Shown here: piece after piece, positions 37,208 to 45,309 of the stretch
Layout of the letters: the number at the start of each line of letters is the position of its first letter
Numbering within the stretch: position 1 is the first letter of the stretch
Assembly: GCA_964643385.1 (NCBI GenBank)
Contig: CAZXSS010000001.1
Coordinates: 5,283-69,282 of the forward strand
Reading direction: 5' to 3'
DNA from: an uncultured Candidatus Izemoplasmatales bacterium
GTDB lineage: Bacteria > Bacillota_I > Bacilli_A > Izemoplasmatales > Izemoplasmataceae
DNA: 64,000 nt
Made by a program: the position numbers and the translations under genes
Notes under the pieces: model-generated
Database searches by the model: none
What the model saw: only the letters and a program-made list of their open reading frames with translations
Told to the model about the DNA's origin: nothing

Positions 37208-38401
37208 TTAAGCTTGTTTCATTTCAAAATCGTTTAATATTGTGTTGATTTCTTGTGTGAATGGGTGATGTTTGGATAAATGATGCAGGGCCCAACTGGC
37301 GAGGATTTGTTTGATGATATCGTCTTTTTTTCTAGCGCGGTTAAAAAGTTGATATTTGGTTTTAGGTGGGGTTTTAAAGTTTGTGTGAAGCTGCTGGTTC
37401 ATTACCTTAACGTCCGCATAAAGTTCAATGATGTCACGCTTTAATGTATAGCTATCTTTCGCATGGACATCACCATCGGTAATCGAGAGGGTTTTAAAAT
37501 CGGCTTTTTCGAGTTGCTTTTTAATAAAGCGGATATTCCCAAATCCACCGGCAGGTAAAACGCGGTAGGTATGGTGCTTGTTTAAGAGTCTTAACGCTTT
37601 TTCAAACCACGGTACATCATACTTACCTTCAACGAGTAGGAAGGTTTTACGGTAGTTTTTTGAGACGGTTTTGGTGATGGTATCTAGTTCTTGTTTGATG
37701 TCTTTTTTATATAGGGGTTGAATGTGATAGGGATAGGTGTTTACGAACGTTTTACGGTTGGTGGTGATGATGGATTGATAGCTTTTTTCAAATATATGGG
37801 TGAGGGTATGGGTAATTGGTAAACTATTTTCTACTCGGTCGATGCCTAAAATAACATGCTTTAAATCCGTTGCTTCTAATAGTTTCTTTTGGACATACGT
37901 TTGTTCTTTTTTAGTAATTGAATGGGTGGGGATTAAGGTGTGTCTTACATGGTTTTTTTGATAATAAGGGTTTGCGGTATCTTTAAAATAAGGATAGGCT
38001 TCAAGCCACGGCGTGATATCAACTGATGGCGTAGGCATGGTTGTCTCGATAACATCGTTTAGTGTTGTTTCTAAGGGGTTGGGACGTTCTTTAAAATAAA
38101 GATAATGCAAATGACTAATGTCGGATAAATTTCCAATAGACAGTTCACTATTAAAAACGAAGTTTGGTGGGCTAAAGACTTTACGGTAGCGTTTATTGTT
38201 AATAAAGCATTCGATAATGACATCAGCGGATTTGTTTCTAATAAAACGGCGGTCTATGCGGTGATTAAAGAAAATATCAAGGGCTTCTAAAACCGTTGTT
38301 TTACCACTTTGATGTGTGCCAATAAATAGCGTATGATCGCCTAAGACAATGGATTGCTTTTTGAATGCTCTATAGTTTTTTATATAAATATGTGCTATCA
38401 T
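37208..38401 (-). CDS. Compact OLD/DUF4435-like protein: ABC-type ATPase head fused to a Toprim-like nuclease domain
   Basis: ATG 38401 (MIAHIYIKNYRAF) after RBS AAGGTGA. Walker A GTHQSGKTT, Walker B-like VILGIDRVE. C-terminal LLVEGKYDVPWF ... ITDGD (Toprim E and DxD). Confidence 0.6.
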   Translation of the reverse strand: MIAHIYIKNYRAFKKQSIVLGDHTLFIGTHQSGKTTVLEALDIFFNHRIDRRFIRNKSADVIIECFINNKRYRKVFSPPNFVFNSELSIGNLSDISHLHYLYFKERPNPLETTLNDVIETTMPTPSVDITPWLEAYPYFKDTANPYYQKNHVRHTLIPTHSITKKEQTYVQKKLLEATDLKHVILGIDRVENSLPITHTLTHIFEKSYQSIITTNRKTFVNTYPYHIQPLYKKDIKQELDTITKTVSKNYRKTFLLVEGKYDVPWFEKALRLLNKHHTYRVLPAGGFGNIRFIKKQLEKADFKTLSITDGDVHAKDSYTLKRDIIELYADVKVMNQQLHTNFKTPPKTKYQLFNRARKKDDIIKQILASWALHHLSKHHPFTQEINTILNDFEMKQA

Positions 38402-38485
38402 ATTAATCACCTTACCTTCGGTATTTGTTCGTAAATTTTGGGGCGAACGTCTTGTTATCTCTATTATACACGAAAGGACGATTTG

Positions 38486-39823
38486 ATGCATAAAAACCGT
38501 GTACAGGTTCTCAATCATAATGCGGTTGATGAATCGAAAGATTATGTATTATATTGGTTGCAACATTCGCAGCGTGTGGCGTATAATTATGCGTTAAGCT
38601 ATGCGATAAAAGAAGCGAATAGATTAAAGAAACCACTTAAAGTGGTGTTTATATTAACACCTGATTATCCTGAGGCGAACAAACGGCATTACCAGTTTAT
38701 GTTAGAAGGTATTGTTGGCTTATATGATGCCATGCATGAACTAAATGTATCGTTTGATGTGGTTGTCGGTAACTTTTCACCTTGTTTAGAAAAGTATATA
38801 AAGAACGCGTGTTTATTGATCATGGATGATGCGTATTTAAAACCTTTACGCGAAATAAAAAGACAGATTGCAAAAAAGGCTACGGTGTTTACTGTTCAAG
38901 TTGTCAGTGATGTAATTGTGCCAGTTTATAAAGCAAGCGATAAGTGTGAATATTCAGCACGGACAATTCGGCCAAAACTATTAAAACACGTCGATGACTA
39001 TTTAGATGAAAATGATATAACCCCGTGCGATGTTGCCTCTAGTGATGAGGTTAAACAACCCTCTTTAGATTCGTTACTTACCCATATTGATGATGACATA
39101 CCCGCGAGTTCCCGCTTTAAAGGTGGGTATCAAGAAGGTATGCGCGTGCTTCATGATTTTATTGATGCATCGCTGCCTGATTATAAAGACAGCAATGACC
39201 CCAGCAAACACCTAACAAGCACGTTAAGTCCTTATTTACATTTTGGACAATTGTCGCCTGTTGAAGTTTATTTATTGGTTGAATCATATAAAGATACTTA
39301 CCGAGAAAGTGTAGAAAACTTTTTAGAACAATTGCTTGTAAGACGAGAGCTTGCTTATAATTTTGTTTGGTACTCTAAGGGGTACGATCAGTTTGATAAG
39401 ATGACATATGATTGGGCGTATAAAACGATGGATTTACACCGTGATGATGAACGTGACTATATCTATAGCGAGAACGATTATATTACGTTTAATACACATG
39501 ATGAGTATTTTAATGCCGCAATGAAAGAGATGGTTAAAACAGGGTATATGCATAATTATATGCGGATGTATTGGGCGAAGAAAATTATTGAATGGAGTAA
39601 TGATTACGTCTCAGCCTATGAAATGATTGTCACGTTGAATAATCGCTACTTTATTGATGGGCGTGATGCGGTTAGTTATGCGAGTATCGCGTGGGTGTTT
39701 GGGCGTCATGATAGGGCGTGGACTGAACGGCCAGTGTTTGGTAAGTTGCGGTATATGAATGCAAACGGGTTAAAGCGTAAGTTTGATATTGATGATTATG
39801 TAACATGGTGTGATGAGTTATAG
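38486..39823 (+). CDS. phr: Class II CPD photolyase
   Basis: ATG 38486 after RBS AAAGGA. YVLYWLQHSQRVAYNYAL, LSPYLHFGQLSP and MRMYWAKKIIEWS match class II deoxyribodipyrimidine photolyases. Confidence 0.85.
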   Translation: MHKNRVQVLNHNAVDESKDYVLYWLQHSQRVAYNYALSYAIKEANRLKKPLKVVFILTPDYPEANKRHYQFMLEGIVGLYDAMHELNVSFDVVVGNFSPCLEKYIKNACLLIMDDAYLKPLREIKRQIAKKATVFTVQVVSDVIVPVYKASDKCEYSARTIRPKLLKHVDDYLDENDITPCDVASSDEVKQPSLDSLLTHIDDDIPASSRFKGGYQEGMRVLHDFIDASLPDYKDSNDPSKHLTSTLSPYLHFGQLSPVEVYLLVESYKDTYRESVENFLEQLLVRRELAYNFVWYSKGYDQFDKMTYDWAYKTMDLHRDDERDYIYSENDYITFNTHDEYFNAAMKEMVKTGYMHNYMRMYWAKKIIEWSNDYVSAYEMIVTLNNRYFIDGRDAVSYASIAWVFGRHDRAWTERPVFGKLRYMNANGLKRKFDIDDYVTWCDEL

Positions 39824-39856
39824 AAAATGCGGACAATGGCTGTCCGCATTTTTTTA
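39823..39856. terminator. Bidirectional terminator (phr / ABC-FtsX gene)
   Basis: aaaatgcggaca-atggc-tgtccgcatttt, 12-bp stem followed by T7. Confidence 0.9.
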
Positions 39857-42274
39857 TAAATCGTATTGGGTGTTGATTTGTGCCGGGGTTTTTCTTAGTA
39901 AGATGAAGACGGGGAGTAAGCCTGAGAGAATGTTAATAGTATAGAGTAAGGCAATGCCTGTTAACACACTTAAAAATGACACATGCGCGATGGTAAAGGC
40001 GTCACCAATGGCGTTTTGGGCAGAATATAGAATATAGGTCATGATGCTAAAGCCAATGAATGAACTGAATGTTGTGAGTACGGCAGTTTCAATGGCAAAG
40101 CGTTTTAAGATATGAGTTTTCTTAGTTCCAAGTGAACGGAAAACTCCGATTTCATAGATTCTAGAAATCATTGAAGAGCGGATGACAAAGAAGAAACTGA
40201 TGGCACTAGCAAGAATGACGATGCCTGAGAAGATTAGACTAGGCATGGCGTTACGCACTTGTGTAGTGTAAAATTCATCGCGGAGTTCTTGGTAGAGGTA
40301 TCTGCCTTCCATATCATTTTGATTAACGGTGTTTAGTGCTTGATCGATGTCGCTTGCAAAGATATAACGTTCAGTATTATCGCCACCAGAACGGTTAAAG
40401 ATGAATTCTTTAAGCAATGCATCAGGGGCGATTACTGAACTGTTGGTTAAGTCATCATCAATAAATTCATAAAGTCCAACAATGGTGACATCCTCCCCTA
40501 ATAAATTGTGGCTTCTCGGTGTAAAATCGTTTGGGTTTTGTGATGGCATGCGTGGCATGAGTATTTCGTTGTCATTTTGAATGGTGCGACCAGCAACAAT
40601 ATTAATCTCATTTTCTAAAAGCGAATAGGGATGCGCTTGGTCTTTGAGTTCGTTCATAATACCGAATGCTTCGTTTGTATAGATGACAGGCGCGGCGGTA
40701 TCACTAATGCCAACAATTTCAAAGACAAAGTCGCCACTTGAGGTTGATATTGGTATGGTAAACCGCAATAAATCTTTATAAGTATCGAAGCCTAAGGCAT
40801 GGTAGGGGTCTTGATTAAAGATGTGATCTTTAATCCAAGCTTGGTCTACGACGACTTCGTATGGGTTATTGGGCATGCGGCCGTGTGATAAATCACGAGA
40901 CTGTATTTCTGTGAGTGGGATGGTTCTGGAATAAATTGAGATGTTATCTTGGTAGTATCCTCCGACATAAACCGGTGGTGTACTTAATCTAATGACGCTT
41001 TCTATAGGAAGATAATAGACATTTGAGATGGCGTCATTGGTTTTTAACGCTGTTAAATCATCATAGGTGAATTCACCTGTTACTTCGATGGTTTGTTTAG
41101 GAAATTCAACAAAGTCACTGTCTTCAACGGTAATAATATTAAAGGTGTTAGAGATGGCTTGGGCAAAGACCATGGCACCGATTAAGAAGCCGATGTAAAG
41201 GAGTTTTTGTCCTTTGCCTGCTTGCCATAATTTAGCCAAGGTATGATAGATAACGTGTTTAATATTGACAGGGTTTTTTGGTTTGGTGTATGGAGTTTCT
41301 CTGATGATTGATTGGTAGTTAAATGACGTGCTTTCTTCTAGTGGGGTAAGGTCTTCTTCTTTGCCTTTGTGCACGGTAATATCAGGACGATCTTTTAAGC
41401 TGACAATGTTTTTGATGTTTTTGTCACTAATGTCTAAATATAGGGTGTTATTTTTGATAATAAGTTGTACGGTGACGGGGGCGTCTAAATCTTTGTAGAC
41501 GTCGATATTTGCGTGATCGCTTTTAGGGCTGTCATGGGTTAAACTACCTAAATAAATATCAGAGCTGGTTCTTGCGTCTAATTCTCCTGTTTGGGTGTTT
41601 TCTTTGTCGCTTTTAATTTGTCCGTCTTCGATTTCAATAATTCTATCGGCGAAATAATTGGCCAGATGACGTTCATGGGTGACTAGGACGACAAGTTTTT
41701 CTTTGCTGATTTGTTTAATAATTTGCATGATGTCGATTGAGTTTTTCGAATCGAGGTTTCCAGTTGGTTCGTCGGCTAAAACGACGCTCGGGTTTTTTGC
41801 AAGGGCTCTAGCAATGGCAACGCGTTGTTGTTCTCCGCCTGAGAGTTGGCTGGCAAGACGGTTTTTGTATTTTTCCATATGAACGGCTTCAAGCAAATAT
41901 ATAATCCGTTTTTCGATTTCTTCTAAGTCTGTGAGCCCAATCATCCTTAGTGTTAAGGCGATGTTTTCATAGACGGTTTGGTCTTTAAGTAGATAGTAGT
42001 TTTGAAAAATCATTCCGATGTGTTTCATTCGTTGTTCATCAAACACGCGCGATGAATACTTATGAATGGCTTGGTCGTTGATGGTAATGGTGCCATCACG
42101 GAAGTTATCCATGCCACCTAAAACGTTTAGGAGGGTTGTTTTCCCGCTTCCTGATTCTCCGAGTAATACCACAAGGCCTTTTTGTGGGAATGTGAGGGAG
42201 ATGTCGTTTAATACGTGGATTTCGTTTTTCTTGTTGCGGTTATAATATTTTTCTAAGTTATGAACTTTTAACAT
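39854..42274 (-). CDS. Fused ABC ATPase - FtsX/MacB-type permease, subunit 2 of tandem pair
   Basis: 806 aa. [27 protein letters not shown]; then TM1, an extracytoplasmic domain of about 300 aa, and a three-TM FtsX C-terminus. Confidence 0.88.
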   Translation of the reverse strand: MLKVHNLEKYYNRNKKNEIHVLNDISLTFPQKGLVVLLGESGSGKTTLLNVLGGMDNFRDGTITINDQAIHKYSSRVFDEQRMKHIGMIFQNYYLLKDQTVYENIALTLRMIGLTDLEEIEKRIIYLLEAVHMEKYKNRLASQLSGGEQQRVAIARALAKNPSVVLADEPTGNLDSKNSIDIMQIIKQISKEKLVVLVTHERHLANYFADRIIEIEDGQIKSDKENTQTGELDARTSSDIYLGSLTHDSPKSDHANIDVYKDLDAPVTVQLIIKNNTLYLDISDKNIKNIVSLKDRPDITVHKGKEEDLTPLEESTSFNYQSIIRETPYTKPKNPVNIKHVIYHTLAKLWQAGKGQKLLYIGFLIGAMVFAQAISNTFNIITVEDSDFVEFPKQTIEVTGEFTYDDLTALKTNDAISNVYYLPIESVIRLSTPPVYVGGYYQDNISIYSRTIPLTEIQSRDLSHGRMPNNPYEVVVDQAWIKDHIFNQDPYHALGFDTYKDLLRFTIPISTSSGDFVFEIVGISDTAAPVIYTNEAFGIMNELKDQAHPYSLLENEINIVAGRTIQNDNEILMPRMPSQNPNDFTPRSHNLLGEDVTIVGLYEFIDDDLTNSSVIAPDALLKEFIFNRSGGDNTERYIFASDIDQALNTVNQNDMEGRYLYQELRDEFYTTQVRNAMPSLIFSGIVILASAISFFFVIRSSMISRIYEIGVFRSLGTKKTHILKRFAIETAVLTTFSSFIGFSIMTYILYSAQNAIGDAFTIAHVSFLSVLTGIALLYTINILSGLLPVFILLRKTPAQINTQYDL

Positions 42275-42278
42275 CGAA

Positions 42279-44480
42279 TCACTCCACTCTCAGCGCTTGC
42301 ATGACGCTGTCTTTAAATATTCTTGAATTGAATCTAAGGCCGGTTAATACTGCGAGTAAAACAAGTAATGCACCCATAGAAATATAGTTTATTATGGTAA
42401 AGAAACGCAAGTAATTTGGAATTAAGAAGAATAGGTTCGCATTGAGAATTAAGAAGGTTAAAACGAGTATGTATGCAAAAACAAAGACCATGATAAGTTC
42501 AAATATGGTGATTCTATATAGGTCTTTTTTGGTCGCGCCAATTGACCTAAAAATGACATAATCTTTTTTTCTTGAAACCATAATGTTTTTAAATGTAATA
42601 TAGGTAATAAAATACAGTACGATGAATAACACGCTCATTAAAAAGACACTCATAACGCGTTCAAAGATTTGAAATCCTTGACTGCCTGGATATTCATAGT
42701 TAGCAGGGTATAAGGTAAAATAGACGTCTTCATCGAACGTTTCTATAAGGTGTTCTGCATCGTAGCTATCTTCTACTATCAGACTTATTTGTTTATCTAA
42801 TGGGACAAATAGTGTATTAAAGGTGGTTGTATTCATTTTAATCGCAACGAAATCATTCACGGAGTCAATGGTTTCAACGAGGTGGACATCGATGGGACTA
42901 GCTAAGGTCAAGGGATAATCTAAGCTGAATTCAAATGTGTATGAGGCAATGTCTTCATTGCTTATGGCCCCTAAGCCAAATTGATCTTTTATTAAGTTCA
43001 TACCTTCATGGGTAATGTGGATATCATTATCAGCTAAGCTATCATCAATATCGATATTAAACCAATCAATTGTTATATCGGTATCCTCATAGTTTACGGC
43101 TAATTGTACATTGCTAGAAATACTGTCAAACTGATATATCGGAACAGTGAAGATATTCGGATGGGTATAGGCGTGATTTCCATATCCATCGATAATACCG
43201 ACCACCGTTACTTCCGCTTTATTAAAGATGTTTGAATCATTCATCATATATTCAAATCGCTCAGTAATAAATGATATCTCTAATGTGTCGTTAAGTTGAT
43301 ATTCTTCTTGGTAGCCTTCATAAACGACGATTTCATTGATGTTTTCTGGTAAGCGACCGTGTTTTAAATCGCGTGATTCTATTGCGGTACTTGGCATTAA
43401 AAAGGTATAACGGAAGTTCGCATCAAACTCGGATTCGTTATTAATGAGGATAACCTCTGTGTCGATAACGGGATCAAAGGTGACAATATCTTTAACGCGT
43501 GGATTATTGCTTAAGGTGTTCAGTTCGTCTGCGGTAAATGCTTTATTGTCCCATTTAGACATAATGAGTCTCGATTTATGGCTGTTGTTAACAACAGGGT
43601 TCCATCCATCATACATGACGGTTTGGTTACTGATTTGTGCGCCGTATGTTAAAGAAAATGCTGCGACAATAAAAAGTGCAATGAGCATCATTAAAATCAG
43701 TCTTTTTGGCATTGAAACAAGGTTTCTAAATGCCATCATGAGTTGTTCTTTGATGGTCATACCGGCGTGGAATTCTGTGAGTTCAAAGGTTTTTGCTTCA
43801 GTTTTTTTAATGATGTTATCTTCAACGATTTCTCCGTCAAATAAGCGTACGTGACGGGTAGCAACGTTTTTAACTTGCTCGTAACTATGAGTTACAACGA
43901 TGACAAGTTTATTTTTACTTATGTCTTTTAATAGGTTTATAATGGTTTTTGAAGTATCTTTATCTAAGTTTCCTGTTGGTTCATCAGCCACGATGATCGG
44001 CGCGTCTTTTGCGAGCGCTCTAGCAATTGAGACACGTTGTTTTTGGCCACCTGATAGGGTGCTTGATTTTTGGTGGGCTTGTTTGGTTAATCCTACTTGG
44101 TCGATGAGTTCAAGGGCACGCTCTTTACGTTTATCTTCATCATACCCTTGAATGATTAAAGCCGCGAGGACATTTTGATACACAGTATAGGCATCGATAA
44201 TATTATAGTTTTGAAAGATAAAGCCAATATATTGGCTACGGTAGTGTTCCCAGTCTTCTTTAGAATAATAACTGGTTTCCTCACCAGCAATATAAAGTTC
44301 GCCTTCTTCATAGCTATCTAGGCCACTAAGGACATTAAGAAGGGTACTTTTCCCAGACCCACTTTCTCCTGTAATGACAACGAATTCGTTGTTGTTTAAA
44401 GATAGGTTAATTCGTCTTAATGCTTGGTTTACGGTTTGTTCTGTTCGGTAATATTTTGAGACATTATCTAGTCTAAGCAT
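42279..44480 (-). CDS. Fused ABC ATPase - FtsX/MacB-type permease, subunit 1 of tandem pair
   Basis: [27 protein letters not shown], and the same TM/ECD/FtsX layout. ATG 44480 (MLRLDNV) is 9 nt after GAGAGG; the track ATG 44489 abuts the RBS. Confidence 0.85.
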   Translation of the reverse strand: MLRLDNVSKYYRTEQTVNQALRRINLSLNNNEFVVITGESGSGKSTLLNVLSGLDSYEEGELYIAGEETSYYSKEDWEHYRSQYIGFIFQNYNIIDAYTVYQNVLAALIIQGYDEDKRKERALELIDQVGLTKQAHQKSSTLSGGQKQRVSIARALAKDAPIIVADEPTGNLDKDTSKTIINLLKDISKNKLVIVVTHSYEQVKNVATRHVRLFDGEIVEDNIIKKTEAKTFELTEFHAGMTIKEQLMMAFRNLVSMPKRLILMMLIALFIVAAFSLTYGAQISNQTVMYDGWNPVVNNSHKSRLIMSKWDNKAFTADELNTLSNNPRVKDIVTFDPVIDTEVILINNESEFDANFRYTFLMPSTAIESRDLKHGRLPENINEIVVYEGYQEEYQLNDTLEISFITERFEYMMNDSNIFNKAEVTVVGIIDGYGNHAYTHPNIFTVPIYQFDSISSNVQLAVNYEDTDITIDWFNIDIDDSLADNDIHITHEGMNLIKDQFGLGAISNEDIASYTFEFSLDYPLTLASPIDVHLVETIDSVNDFVAIKMNTTTFNTLFVPLDKQISLIVEDSYDAEHLIETFDEDVYFTLYPANYEYPGSQGFQIFERVMSVFLMSVLFIVLYFITYITFKNIMVSRKKDYVIFRSIGATKKDLYRITIFELIMVFVFAYILVLTFLILNANLFFLIPNYLRFFTIINYISMGALLVLLAVLTGLRFNSRIFKDSVMQALRVE

Positions 44481-44510
44481 ACCCGTCATCCTCTCGTTTT
44501 AACTTCCTTA

Positions 44511-44519
44511 ATTATAGCA
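44511..44519 (-). promoter_or_regulatory. Extended -10 promoter element for the tandem ABC-FtsX genes
   Basis: Minus strand reads TGCTATAAT, about 15 nt upstream of the RBS and directly downstream of the preceding terminator. Confidence 0.5.
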
Positions 44520-44522
44520 CAT

Positions 44523-44550
44523 AAAAAAAATACGCGGAATGCGTATTTTA
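44523..44550 (-). terminator. Rho-independent terminator after the 210-aa membrane protein gene
   Basis: aaaatacgc-ggaat-gcgtatttt hairpin followed by U8 on the minus strand. Confidence 0.8.
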
Positions 44551-45180
44551 AATTTTTTTAATGTAGGCTATTTGATTGTTTAATGTTGTTTGTTCAAAGC
44601 CCATGCGTTTTAGATAGTTAATATGTTTTTCTTTGTCAGTAAAGGTGATGAATTTGGTGTATCCTTGGTCTTTTAATGCATCGCTGGTGTTTTTAAATAC
44701 GTAGTCGGTTGTTTTGAAATCTTGGTATGCTGGAATGGCGTAATCTAAGGTTATTTCAAGGGTGTCTTCATTATATTCATTGGTAATAAAAATGCCTGCA
44801 GGAGTCATATTTCTTAAGATGAGGAATCGGTAGTCACTATTATGTAATTGTTTTTGGGTAAATGTCATCGTGTTATTAATATCATCGCGATAAAATGAGA
44901 GAAAGGCTTTTAAATATTCATCGTCTTTGTCGATGGCGATGACCTTAAAGTAATCTTCGCTTTTAAACATCTGTGCGAGATAATAAATATTGATAAAAAT
45001 AATACCGGTGTTCATGATAATAATTGGGTAGGACACGATGAAGTATCCATAGATGACAAAAATGACAGCGCCGATAAGATTTATAATACGTAAACGCTTA
45101 ACGGAACGCATAATAAGCGATACTAAAATAATAAATGAGGCAAGGGTTCCGATTGGCTCAATAAACATTTCAAAATTCAT
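44548..45180 (-). CDS. Hypothetical protein: three-TM N-domain fused to a soluble GNAT-like C-domain
   Basis: 210 aa. Three TM helices in aa 1-75, then about 130 aa ending in a YLKRMGFE-type motif. RBS AAAGGAG. Confidence 0.4.
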   Translation of the reverse strand: MNFEMFIEPIGTLASFIILVSLIMRSVKRLRIINLIGAVIFVIYGYFIVSYPIIIMNTGIIFINIYYLAQMFKSEDYFKVIAIDKDDEYLKAFLSFYRDDINNTMTFTQKQLHNSDYRFLILRNMTPAGIFITNEYNEDTLEITLDYAIPAYQDFKTTDYVFKNTSDALKDQGYTKFITFTDKEKHINYLKRMGFEQTTLNNQIAYIKKI

Positions 45181-45272
45181 AGTGGTGCTCCTTTCTTTGT
45201 AACGACTTTATATAATAGCATGTTTTAATTGTTTTTGGTAGTCTTTAGATTAGGTTTTTTTATCTTTTTTTG

Positions 45273-45281
45273 TGCTATAAT
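45273..45281 (+). promoter_or_regulatory. Extended -10 promoter element for the HD-GYP gene
   Basis: TGCTATAAT, 29 nt upstream of ATG 45310. Confidence 0.45.
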
Positions 45282-45309
45282 AAATTATAAGCTTTTAAGG
45301 ACGTGAATC

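Noticed and set aside
38402-38518. Track N-terminal extensions of the OLD-like ORF (to 38518) and of the photolyase ORF (from 38438), which would overlap each other.
   Set aside because: The internal ATGs at 38401 and 38486 have proper RBSs and give canonical N-termini. The extensions are hydrophobic or odd and would erase the divergent promoter region.
43444-43854. 136-aa and other plus-strand ORFs antisense to the ABC-FtsX genes (41679-41882, 43900-44151), kamC-like (50165-50635), kamD (48441-48623) and kce (53325-53549, 53597-53782).
   Set aside because: Typical antisense ORFs of AT-rich coding DNA. Several merely mirror the conserved ABC motifs of the real genes.
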